From the IMG/VR virus record IMGVR_UViG_2595698685_000001, positions 32,001 to 96,000 of that record: a DNA stretch of 64,000 nucleotides; one strand, given 5' to 3'. A program made the position numbers and the translations under genes. Positions 1-6,252 of this stretch are shown one piece after another (the stretch's first letter is position 1; each line of letters opens with the position of its first letter). Origin of the DNA: a virus. Taxonomy: Duplodnaviria; Caudoviricetes. The notes below the pieces were generated by a model that worked only from the letters and a program-made list of their open reading frames with translations, was not told the origin of the DNA and made no database searches.

Positions 1-289
1 CAAAGCTAATACCCCATTGGATTTCAATATGTTCAGCTTTATTAAGATCAAAGCCTTGCTCTTCAAATACATAGCCATATACTGTGGGGTACATAGCAGC
101 TAAGTCTTCCATATCGCTGTAGGCAGTGAGTTCTTCTTTAAACTGAGCAAACTCTTCAAAAAATTTCTCTAAGAAGAATTCAGGCACAATAACAGTTACT
201 GTGTCTTCGCTATCATCAGTTCGATAGATTGTTACACTAAACAATCCTACGCCTAAGAGATTAATAGCTGGAGTGGTCATAATATCCAT
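1..289 (-). CDS. hypothetical acidic protein, 3' end runs off the window
   Basis: ATG at 289, frame open to the window edge (MDIMTTPAINLLGVGLLSVTIYRTDD...). Confidence 0.6.
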   Translation of the reverse strand, partial: MDIMTTPAINLLGVGLFSVTIYRTDDSEDTVTVIVPEFFLEKFFEEFAQFKEELTAYSDMEDLAAMYPTVYGYVFEEQGFDLNKAEHIEIQWGISF

Positions 290-290
290 G

Positions 291-476
291 TTACTTCCCT
301 TCAATTAATTGAGAGACTGCATATACAGGGTTAATACCGGAACCGTCACAGATACCACAAATAAACTCTTCAAAGTACATATCACCCGGTTCTGCATCAT
401 CTAGAGTCCCCTTACCGCAGCATTGAGGACATGCACACTCTTCAAGTTCCTGCTTTAGTTCTGTAAAATATGACAT
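291..476 (-). CDS. small DnaJ-type zinc-finger-like protein
   Basis: CPQCCGKG and CGICDGSG motifs, AAGGAA RBS. Confidence 0.65.
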   Translation of the reverse strand: MSYFTELKQELEECACPQCCGKGTLDDAEPGDMYFEEFICGICDGSGINPVYAVSQLIEGK

Positions 477-491
477 ATACGTTCCTTAAAT

Positions 492-568
492 TGGTAGCCT
501 GCATGAGACTTGAACTCATAACCTATCGCTTAAGAGGCGAGTGCTCTAACCAGTTGAGCTAGCAAGCA
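492..568 (-). tRNA. tRNA-Lys(CUU)
   Basis: cloverleaf, loop CT-CTT-AA, TTCAAGT T-loop, encoded CCA; 1-72 mismatch. Confidence 0.85.
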
Positions 569-574
569 ATTGTT

Positions 575-651
575 TGGTAAAGAGTATAGGATTTTAACCT
601 ATATCCAAGAAGCTCGGAGAGTCTTGTGTAATGTCATTATACTAACTCTTT
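575..651 (-). ncRNA. degenerate tRNA-like gene with Gly-type D arm and distorted anticodon arm (TCC)
   Basis: acceptor AAAGAGT/ACTCTTT-A-CCA, T arm ATAGG-TTAAAAT-CCTAT, irregular anticodon arm. Confidence 0.6.
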
Positions 652-657
652 ATTGTT

Positions 658-736
658 TGGTGGAGAATTGGGGATTCGAACCCCACTGGTATCCTCGGTG
701 CAAGCGAGGTGAACACTCCTAGCATTCCCATTCCCC
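658..736 (-). tRNA. tRNA-Ala(UGC)
   Basis: CCTCG-CT-TGC-AC-CGAGG, G3:U70, CCA. Confidence 0.9.
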
Positions 737-741
737 TAAAT

Positions 742-817
742 TGGTCTCCAATGAAGGACTCAAACCTTCAACCTCACCGCCCCAAACGGCGCACTCTATC
801 AATTGAGCTAATCGGAG
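742..817 (-). tRNA. tRNA-Pro(UGG)
   Basis: CGCCG-TT-TGG-GG-CGGTG, CCA. Confidence 0.9.
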
Positions 818-857
818 ATAAACTTTATTTGATTTCTTCCCTAATTTCAATACAAAT

Positions 858-896
858 ATTATATCAAATAATAAGGAAGAAAGCAAATGAATTTTT
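858..896 (-). promoter_or_regulatory. strong T5-type sigma70 promoter
   Basis: AAAAATTCAT-TTGCTT-17 nt-TATAAT. Confidence 0.85.
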
Positions 897-1248
897 AAAC
901 TTTTTTCTCGAAGTACTTAATCTTAAAACCTGTTCTTTCTAGAAGAAGTGAATCAATCTCTTTCATCGATAGAATTCTATCTGTTACTAGGGTAGAGCAG
1001 AACTTTTGCAATGCATACCAAGATTCAGCTTCCATTATTGGTGCGCCTACTGCGGTGCCATAGGGGTCTCCAGTACCATAAATGTCTATGCGACCGCCAC
1101 AATACTGCTTATCAAATACTTTCCTAGTATATGTAGTGCCTGGCTTTAATACGGATTGTTCAGTTACTTCTGTAAAAGGTATACCGTTATCTTCATACCA
1201 TCTGTTAGATACTGGCCCCATCATATTAGTTGAATATGTAATTTTCAT
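895..1248 (-). CDS. hypothetical protein
   Basis: 117-aa ORF directly downstream of a promoter, GAAGG RBS. Confidence 0.75.
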   Translation of the reverse strand: MKITYSTNMMGPVSNRWYEDNGIPFTEVTEQSVLKPGTTYTRKVFDKQYCGGRIDIYGTGDPYGTAVGAPIMEAESWYALQKFCSTLVTDRILSMKEIDSLLLERTGFKIKYFEKKV

Positions 1249-1278
1249 TTGATTACCTTCTCATCAATTTATGTAATA

Positions 1279-1317
1279 ATTATACAGAAAATTAAGAAGA
1301 AAAGCAAATGAATTTTT
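1279..1317 (-). promoter_or_regulatory. strong T5-type sigma70 promoter
   Basis: AAAAATTCAT-TTGCTT-17 nt-TATAAT. Confidence 0.85.
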
Positions 1318-1318
1318 C

Positions 1319-1343
1319 AAAGAAATCCCCTCCGAAGAGGGGA
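1319..1343 (-). terminator. intrinsic terminator
   Basis: CCCCTC-TTCG-GAGGGG hairpin followed by ATTTCTT. Confidence 0.7.
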
Positions 1344-1344
1344 A

Positions 1345-1710
1345 GTCATAGGCTTGTAGTTTATTCGTTCTGTTTTAACACAGTGGAGCAGTAGTCATAG
1401 GGGATCTTTGCAATGCTGAGAGAGTTCCTATTCCTCTGTCATGAGTTCGGGTTGATAGTCCGCCATACTAGAATAAGTGGCTGTAGGTTACGTGTTTGCC
1501 CCTCTAACCCATTTGGTAGAGCGCATGCATCATCCTACGTACTGGCAAGGACGGCGAACCAGTACCGTTTACACATTCAATCAGCCGTCGTAGAGTGTAA
1601 CTTCTAGCTTTTTAACGAGGCTAGATGCTTCGTAACTCCTCGATTAAACATGCTGTCTCGTATCGATTTACAGGCTTATGGGACAGTATCCGCTGATTAT
1701 TCACGTTTAA
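1345..1710 (-). ncRNA. putative ~365-nt structured RNA
   Basis: no ORF on the transcribed strand; several complementary blocks; lies between tRNA-Thr CCA and a terminator. Confidence 0.6.
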
Positions 1711-1712
1711 TT

Positions 1713-1787
1713 TGGTGCCCCCATCCGGAATCGAACCGAATTCTGATGCTTACAAGGCAACTGCATCGCCACTAATGCTTTGGAGGC
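1713..1787 (-). tRNA. tRNA-Thr(UGU)
   Basis: loop CT-TGT-AA, TTCGATT, CCA. Confidence 0.9.
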
Positions 1788-1794
1788 TTATTAT

Positions 1795-2235
1795 TTACTT
1801 TGCTAACTCTTTCAAACTTTCTAGAAGAACCTTAGCTTCGGCAAACTGTTCTAGTATTTGTTGAGTTTCTGTTCTTGGGAGATCAGGATCAGTAAACCCA
1901 CCAGTTAGTACATACTGAATGTATAGGCGTAGAGTAGGTACTTGTATCAACTGGAACTCTTTTCCTACATTTCGTACTAGACTCGATACTTCCCAATCAA
2001 ATAAGTTTTCTCTATACACTATAGGCTCTAGTTTGTTTAGAGGAGTAGGCATAGCTAGGAAATCTTGAGTTGAGAACGCTTTGTATGCTTTTTGCACTTC
2101 TATCTTTAAGATATCTAGAGTTGGAAACAACTCTTGTAGGGCTATGGCATTGCTATGCAAAGTCTCTCCAGTACCTTGTTCCTTGAAAGATGATACTATA
2201 ATAGGTAATTTACCCATTAGTTCGGCTACAGTCAT
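1795..2235 (-). CDS. hypothetical protein
   Basis: 146-aa ORF, AAGGAG RBS. Confidence 0.75.
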   Translation of the reverse strand: MTVAELMGKLPIIVSSFKEQGTGETLHSNAIALQELFPTLDILKIEVQKAYKAFSTQDFLAMPTPLNKLEPIVYRENLFDWEVSSLVRNVGKEFQLIQVPTLRLYIQYVLTGGFTDPDLPRTETQQILEQFAEAKVLLESLKELAK

Positions 2236-2244
2236 TACTACTCC

Positions 2245-2448
2245 TTACTTAAGGTGGTACGGCTTGGAAGTACGATTACCTTCGTAGGTAAACAACTTGC
2301 GAACCTTCTTCTCACGCTGGTATAGTTCCCGACCGCAACCAGTAACTAGAGTACGTTGATACGTATCGCTATACTGTACTTCTTTTGGGTCAGCCCCGTA
2401 TCCGTGTTTAACTACGCGACGTACTAATTTTGCTTTCTTGCCGTTCAA
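2245..2448 (-). CDS. hypothetical basic protein
   Basis: TTG start with AAGGAG RBS, 67 aa. Confidence 0.7.
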   Translation of the reverse strand: MNGKKAKLVRRVVKHGYGADPKEVQYSDTYQRTLVTGCGRELYQREKKVRKLFTYEGNRTSKPYHLK

Positions 2449-2479
2449 ATTGAAGCTCCTTTGTTGGTTGTACTAGATT

Positions 2480-2556
2480 TGGTGGACTGTGAAGGACTCG
2501 AACCTTCAATCCCCGGATTAAAAGTCCGGTGCCTTAAACCATTTGGCTAACAATCC
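2480..2556 (-). tRNA. tRNA-Lys(UUU)
   Basis: CCGGA-CT-TTT-AA-TCCGG, CCA. Confidence 0.93.
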
Positions 2557-2563
2557 ATTTATG

Positions 2564-2660
2564 AGTACTGTTTATTCAGGCTATGAACCCCTAGGAACAT
2601 CAACTTGCGAGGTCGAAGACACACTCCAAGTAAACCCGCCGGTTTACTCTAAACAATACT
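2564..2660 (-). ncRNA. putative small stable RNA
   Basis: 11-bp closing stem AGTATTGTTTA/TAAACAGTACT (one G:U), internal hairpin GAGTAAACC/GGTTTACTT. Confidence 0.55.
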
Positions 2661-2671
2661 AATAAATAGAC

Positions 2672-2790
2672 TTAGTGTTAATATCTAAGAGACCTCGTTG
2701 TAGCTCTGCTGTCAACTCGCGCTTCCCGAAGTCGTCCTAACCGTCCTCTATGACAGTAGTGACCAGATAGTTATTAAATATTAACACTAA
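2672..2790 (-). ncRNA. putative small stable RNA
   Basis: perfect 13-bp closing stem TTAGTGTTAATAT/ATATTAACACTAA, internal CTGTCA/TGACAG. Confidence 0.6.
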
Positions 2791-2797
2791 ATAAATT

Positions 2798-2874
2798 TGG
2801 TGGAGTTTTGGAGACTACGTGTTACTCCTATGCAGGGATTCAACCTGCATTGCTTACCCGATTAGCTAAACCCC
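2798..2874 (-). ncRNA. tRNA-like RNA with alanine acceptor identity and non-canonical T arm
   Basis: GGGGTTT/AAACTCC-A-CCA (G3:U70), 7-bp central arm with TTGAATC loop, T arm lacks TTC. Confidence 0.7.
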
Positions 2875-2880
2875 AATGTT

Positions 2881-2954
2881 TGGTGCGGTCGGAGAGAATC
2901 GAACTCTCAACCTCTGGTTGGCAACCAGAAATTATACCATTTAACTACGAACGC
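2881..2954 (-). tRNA. tRNA-Gly(GCC)
   Basis: TCTGG-TT-GCC-AA-CCAGA, CCA; discriminator is A rather than U. Confidence 0.9.
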
Positions 2955-2962
2955 ATAAAAGT

Positions 2963-3089
2963 CATTCTAGACAGGTATCGAACCTGCTATCACCACTGCG
3001 GAATTACGAGCTTGCCCTTTGACTTCTACGGAATTGAACCGTACCTCAACCCTCGAATGGCTGGTTTCCCCATCAACCACGCTAGAATG
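2963..3089 (-). ncRNA. tRNA-like RNA with two T-arms and no CCA
   Basis: closing stem CATTCTAG/CTAGAATG; TACGG-TTCAATT-CCGTA and GCAGG-TTCGATA-CCTGT. Confidence 0.65.
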
Positions 3090-3099
3090 TTTATTAATG

Positions 3100-3156
3100 A
3101 ACAGAGTCCGGTGTAGCAGTCCGTAAGGGTGCACCTACTGTAGCCTTTACTCTGTT
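3100..3156 (-). ncRNA. putative ~57-nt stem-closed RNA
   Basis: 8-bp closing stem AACAGAGT/ACTCTGTT right after tRNA-Lys CCA. Confidence 0.45.
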
Positions 3157-3160
3157 TGTT

Positions 3161-3237
3161 TGGTGCTCTCTATAGGACTTGAACCTATAACCCTCCGATT
3201 AAGAGTCGGTAGCTCTAACCAATTGAGCTAAGAAAGC
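3161..3237 (-). tRNA. tRNA-Lys(CUU), second copy
   Basis: ACCGA-CT-CTT-AA-TCGGA, CCA. Confidence 0.9.
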
Positions 3238-3238
3238 A

Positions 3239-3391
3239 TTAAATTACTTTTTCCAATTCATCAGCAATAGCTTTGATCTTTTCAAAGTTAACATCGCTTA
3301 TGGTTATACCTTCCAGAGCCAGAGAAGCTCTAGCATTATTCATAGCAGATTCTTTAATCTTTTCAATCTGCTCAGGAGTAAGTTGTTTCAT
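3239..3391 (-). CDS. VbhA-like Fic antitoxin, 50 aa
   Basis: GGAGA RBS; NARASLALEG fits the (S/T)xxxE(G/N) Fic-inhibitory motif. Confidence 0.6.
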   Translation of the reverse strand: MKQLTPEQIEKIKESAMNNARASLALEGITISDVNFEKIKAIADELEKVI

Positions 3392-3405
3392 ATTATCTCC
3401 TAAAT

Positions 3406-3482
3406 TGGCGCGACCGATGGGATTTGAACCCACATATTCTCCCGTGACAGGGGAGTACCATTACCAAGCCAGCCCCGATCGC
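3406..3482 (-). tRNA. tRNA-Asp(GUC)
   Basis: CTCCC-CT-GTC-AC-GGGAG, G73, CCA. Confidence 0.9.
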
Positions 3483-3488
3483 ATTGTT

Positions 3489-3566
3489 TGGCGGTTCCTG
3501 CTGGATTCGAACCAGCAACCCTCAACTTAACAAGATGCCGCTCTAACCAATTAGAGCTAAGGAACC
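3489..3566 (-). tRNA. tRNA-Asn(GUU)
   Basis: loop TT-GTT-AA, G73, CCA; mismatched anticodon stem. Confidence 0.85.
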
Positions 3567-3570
3567 AAAA

Positions 3571-3766
3571 TTTGTTGCTAGGAAGAAACCTGATTCGGAA
3601 AAACAATCCCAGCGATTTTTGGCGGTATTTTATATGTCGGTTTGGAATAATCGGACTTTCGTCAAGAAAATTCCCTCGTAAAGCTGGCTTTTGCACAGCC
3701 ACCCACTTTACAACGCCTACCTCATCCTCTAGGTTTAATGTCCACAGAGGAATAGACTAGTGCAAA
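3571..3766 (-). ncRNA. putative ~195-nt structured RNA
   Basis: hairpins TCCTCT/AGAGGA, GTAAAG..TGGCT/AGCCA..CTTTAC, GAC-GAAA-GTC; no ORF with an RBS. Confidence 0.45.
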
Positions 3767-3774
3767 TTCTTTGA

Positions 3775-3872
3775 TTTGTGCCCTTTGGGTGTTTCGGGGT
3801 TACTCTTTGCCAGTTCTACTATTAACCCTTATTCGAACTACTTACTGGTCTATGAGCGTACTCAGGCACAAA
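3775..3872 (-). ncRNA. putative small stable RNA
   Basis: closing stem TTTGTGCC/GGCACAAA immediately after tRNA-Cys. Confidence 0.55.
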
Positions 3873-3877
3873 ACAGT

Positions 3878-3951
3878 TGGACGACGATACTGGATTTTAA
3901 CCAGTCTAAGGAAGTTTGCAATTTCCCACCTAGTCACTCGGACAATCGTCG
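3878..3951 (-). tRNA. tRNA-Cys(GCA)
   Basis: loop TT-GCA-AA, U73, CCA; T-loop TTAAAAT. Confidence 0.85.
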
Positions 3952-3957
3952 GTTCTT

Positions 3958-4236
3958 TTACTCACCTTCGTATTCAATCATTGAATCAAAACCACAATGT
4001 GGGCATTCCCAATGGCACTCATCAATCTCACCACACTCTTGACAAACATACTCTTTATCTAGGTTGCAGTTGATAACTTCAACTAGAGCAGGATTACCTA
4101 ATACCCGAGTGTAATACCCATCTCCTGAGTCAAAACCAGAGGCTCCACACTTACACATGTTAAAAGTGCCAAACCCTTTAAAGTTATCTTCATCACCGCA
4201 ACAGTGGAATTTTACATGGAAATTTGGTTCTTTCAT
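3958..4236 (-). CDS. hypothetical Cys-rich zinc-ribbon-like protein
   Basis: 92 aa, CQECG and CPHCG motifs, AGGAG RBS, upstream promoter. Confidence 0.75.
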   Translation of the reverse strand: MKEPNFHVKFHCCGDEDNFKGFGTFNMCKCGASGFDSGDGYYTRVLGNPALVEVINCNLDKEYVCQECGEIDECHWECPHCGFDSMIEYEGE

Positions 4237-4266
4237 TTGGTTTCTCTCCTAACTTTCAATATAAAT

Positions 4267-4305
4267 ATTATATCAAATATTAAGGGAGAAAGCAAATGAA
4301 TTTTT
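4267..4305 (-). promoter_or_regulatory. strong T5-type promoter
   Basis: AAAAATTCAT-TTGCTT-17-TATAAT. Confidence 0.85.
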
Positions 4306-4492
4306 AATTAAAAATGTGAAAATGTCTAATTATTACGCTATTAGATAGCCACACATCTTTATTTTTATCATCCCTAATAAGGAGCCCTGCTCTAGAGGAC
4401 TTAGCTACTACGGGGTATTTAACCCCGTAGCTAGTATGCTCCACTAAGTGTCCCCCTAATAACTCTTCACTATACTTGCGCATAACATACAT
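4304..4492 (-). CDS. hypothetical protein
   Basis: 62-aa ORF in operon direction. Confidence 0.6.
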   Translation of the reverse strand: MYVMRKYSEELLGGHLVEHTSYGVKYPVVAKSSRAGLLIRDDKNKDVWLSNSVIIRHFHIFN

Positions 4493-4495
4493 AAG

Positions 4496-4969
4496 CTAGT
4501 CCACGAATGTTAGAGTAGGACAGTATTTCTCTTTAGTAGCCTTGATAAAACTCCACGCCATACTAAATGCATTTAAAGTTTTAACTACAGGCACTGACTC
4601 TTCTAAGTGCTTCTCTGCGATTACAGGTTGCAACACTTTGTAAGTTTTAACCCCACCTTTAACACCTAACCAACCAGTGCCTGCTATAGCAAGTGCAGCA
4701 GCAATACCTACCGGAACGCTCCCTAAAATAAACCAGATACCCGCTCCCCAAGCACCTTTTACTGATATACCTAACATCAGTGCTAATAGCGGAGTACCTA
4801 TTAATGATAATACTAGGGCTACTAGAAACGTAATTCCTAGAGCCTTGCAGATATTCCACACAGTATACCAAAAGTATGCACAACCATTCTGCAAATGATC
4901 TGCGTCCCATTCAGAACCCATAGTCTGGTTAAACCGATGCAATAAAGAACTCTTACTAATAGTCCACAT
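4496..4969 (-). CDS. hypothetical membrane protein
   Basis: two long hydrophobic segments, GGAGA RBS. Confidence 0.8.
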   Translation of the reverse strand: MWTISKSSLLHRFNQTMGSEWDADHLQNGCAYFWYTVWNICKALGITFLVALVLSLIGTPLLALMLGISVKGAWGAGIWFILGSVPVGIAAALAIAGTGWLGVKGGVKTYKVLQPVIAEKHLEESVPVVKTLNAFSMAWSFIKATKEKYCPTLTFVD

Positions 4970-4998
4970 ATATGTTATTCTCCAAGTAGCTTTTAAAT

Positions 4999-5075
4999 TG
5001 GCAAAGACCTAGGGACTCGAACCCTAACCACACGGTTTTGGAGACCGGTATGCTGTCCAGTAACACTCGGTCGAT
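4999..5075 (-). tRNA. tRNA-Trp(CCA) with imperfect acceptor stem
   Basis: CCGGT-CT-CCA-AA-ACCG, G73, CCA; top acceptor pairs mismatched. Confidence 0.75.
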
Positions 5076-5081
5076 ATTGTT

Positions 5082-5187
5082 TGGAGCGTACCCTAGGAAT
5101 CGAACCTAGATCGTTATTAGATTCACCTCAGTGCAATCTATTTCAGCAGGCTTGGATGGCCCCGACGTTCCAAACGTCCTAGTACGC
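5082..5187 (-). ncRNA. 106-nt tRNA-Gly(UCC)-like RNA with giant variable arm
   Basis: GCGTACT/GGTACGC-T-CCA, loop CA-TCC-AA, ~35-nt variable region with hairpin, canonical T arm. Confidence 0.75.
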
Positions 5188-5197
5188 ATTAATTAGT

Positions 5198-5280
5198 AGC
5201 ACCAAGCGCATTTCACTATGCTACTTACCTAAGTTCTCACTAAGGCACGCTTTGGTTATGACCCAAGGTCTCTTGATGCT
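5198..5280 (-). ncRNA. putative small stable RNA
   Basis: closing stem AGCATCAAG/CTTGGTGCT (one G:U), three internal hairpins. Confidence 0.55.
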
Positions 5281-5285
5281 TTATT

Positions 5286-5344
5286 TGGTGCAGGTGTTCC
5301 ATGTTTTTGGACTCTTACGACATAGGTTTTACCTAAATACCTGC
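5286..5344 (-). ncRNA. 59-nt CCA-terminated mini-tRNA-like RNA
   Basis: GCAGGT/ACCTGC-A-CCA; same AACAAT linker as neighbouring tRNAs. Confidence 0.6.
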
Positions 5345-5350
5345 ATTGTT

Positions 5351-5425
5351 TGGTGCACCCTGTTAGTAACGATCTAACCTCTCAAGCTCTTCAGGCAAGC
5401 GCTAATCCGTCTCAGCTAAAGGTGC
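5351..5425 (-). tRNA. tRNA-Phe(GAA)
   Basis: loop CT-GAA-GA, CCA; atypical T-loop and U:U pairs in the anticodon stem. Confidence 0.8.
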
Positions 5426-5432
5426 AAATTTA

Positions 5433-5750
5433 TTATTCATCTTCGTCTGGATTCATTGCTTCTTCAATGATGCCAGAAACATCAATCAATCCATAGGAGA
5501 AATGCTCTAACGTAGTCCCTAACACTTTTGCTGCTGCTTCAAGCTCTTCATCAGAGTAACTTTCCATAACAATGGTCAGATCACCTACTTCTACTGACTC
5601 ATTAGAGCCAAAGTAAATTTCCTCAGTAGAATTGAAACATTTACCTTGAGTTGCACTCAAGAAATAAGCCTGTGATTGAGTAATCTTATGTACTCCCATC
5701 ACATCAAACTCATCAGCGTAGTTACCAGAAATTCGTAAGATATAGTTCAT
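5433..5750 (-). CDS. hypothetical acidic protein
   Basis: 105 aa, GAGGA RBS. Confidence 0.75.
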   Translation of the reverse strand: MNYILRISGNYADEFDVMGVHKITQSQAYFLSATQGKCFNSTEEIYFGSNESVEVGDLTIVMESYSDEELEAAAKVLGTTLEHFSYGLIDVSGIIEEAMNPDEDE

Positions 5751-5831
5751 GTTAGTTCCTCAGTAGTATTAATAAATAGCTCTATCTGGAAATAAAGCTA
5801 TTAGGTAAACGACTAGTAACTTGACGTTATT

Positions 5832-5906
5832 TGGTACAGACAGATGGAATCGAACCACCACCCTATAGTTCGTAGCTATAGATTCTTTCCGTTAAACTAT
5901 GTCTGC
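5832..5906 (-). tRNA. tRNA-Arg(ACG)
   Basis: TATAG-CT-ACG-AA-CTATA, CCA. Confidence 0.9.
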
Positions 5907-5912
5907 ATTGTT

Positions 5913-5988
5913 TGGCAGGAACTGTAGGAATTGAACCTAACTCTAGGGGAGTCAAAGGCCCCTGTGCTAACCAGTACACTAAGTTCCA
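5913..5988 (-). tRNA. tRNA-Gln(UUG)
   Basis: loop CT-TTG-AC, G73, CCA. Confidence 0.88.
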
Positions 5989-6000
5989 ACTAATAGTTCT

Positions 6001-6082
6001 CCAAGCTACCGCATTTTAGTGCTACGACCCTGCTGACCACCTAAGTCTCAGACAGCGCCGAAGACGTACACAAATAGCCTAG
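6001..6082 (-). ncRNA. putative small stable RNA
   Basis: closing stem CTAGGCTA/TAGCTTGG (G:U pairs only on the minus strand); shares motifs with 5198-5280. Confidence 0.5.
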
Positions 6083-6088
6083 ATATTC

Positions 6089-6164
6089 TGGAAGCGAGTA
6101 AAGGAATCGAACCTTTCTGGATGAGGATATGAGCCTCATGAGTTCACCAGAACTCTAACTCGCA
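6089..6164 (-). tRNA. tRNA-Met(CAU), initiator-like 1-72 mismatch
   Basis: TGAGG-CT-CAT-AT-CCTCA, CCA. Confidence 0.85.
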
Positions 6165-6171
6165 ATTGTTT

Positions 6172-6246
6172 TGGTACACCCACGGAGAATCGAACTCCGA
6201 TTCACTGCTCGAAAGGCAGTTGTCCTAACCATTAGACGATAGGTGC
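6172..6246 (-). tRNA. tRNA-Glu(UUC)
   Basis: ACTGC-CT-TTC-GA-GCAGT, CCA. Confidence 0.9.
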
Positions 6247-6252
6247 ATTAAT

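Noticed and set aside
1345-1710. tmRNA
   Set aside because: Size and a PK1-like motif fit, but there are no tRNA-like ends, no CCA and no plausible tag reading frame
3645-3665. RNase P RNA (GAAAGTCCG on the minus strand)
   Set aside because: Only this short word matches; GAC-GAAA-GTC is better explained as a tetraloop hairpin and the 3' P4 consensus is absent
709-4073. ORF-track entries 709-942, 1413-1607, 2081-2287, 2808-3116, 3273-3530, 3400-3702, 3488-3760, 3771-4073, 3776-4042
   Set aside because: Antisense to or overlapping tRNAs and real genes, no RBS; treated as shadow ORFs
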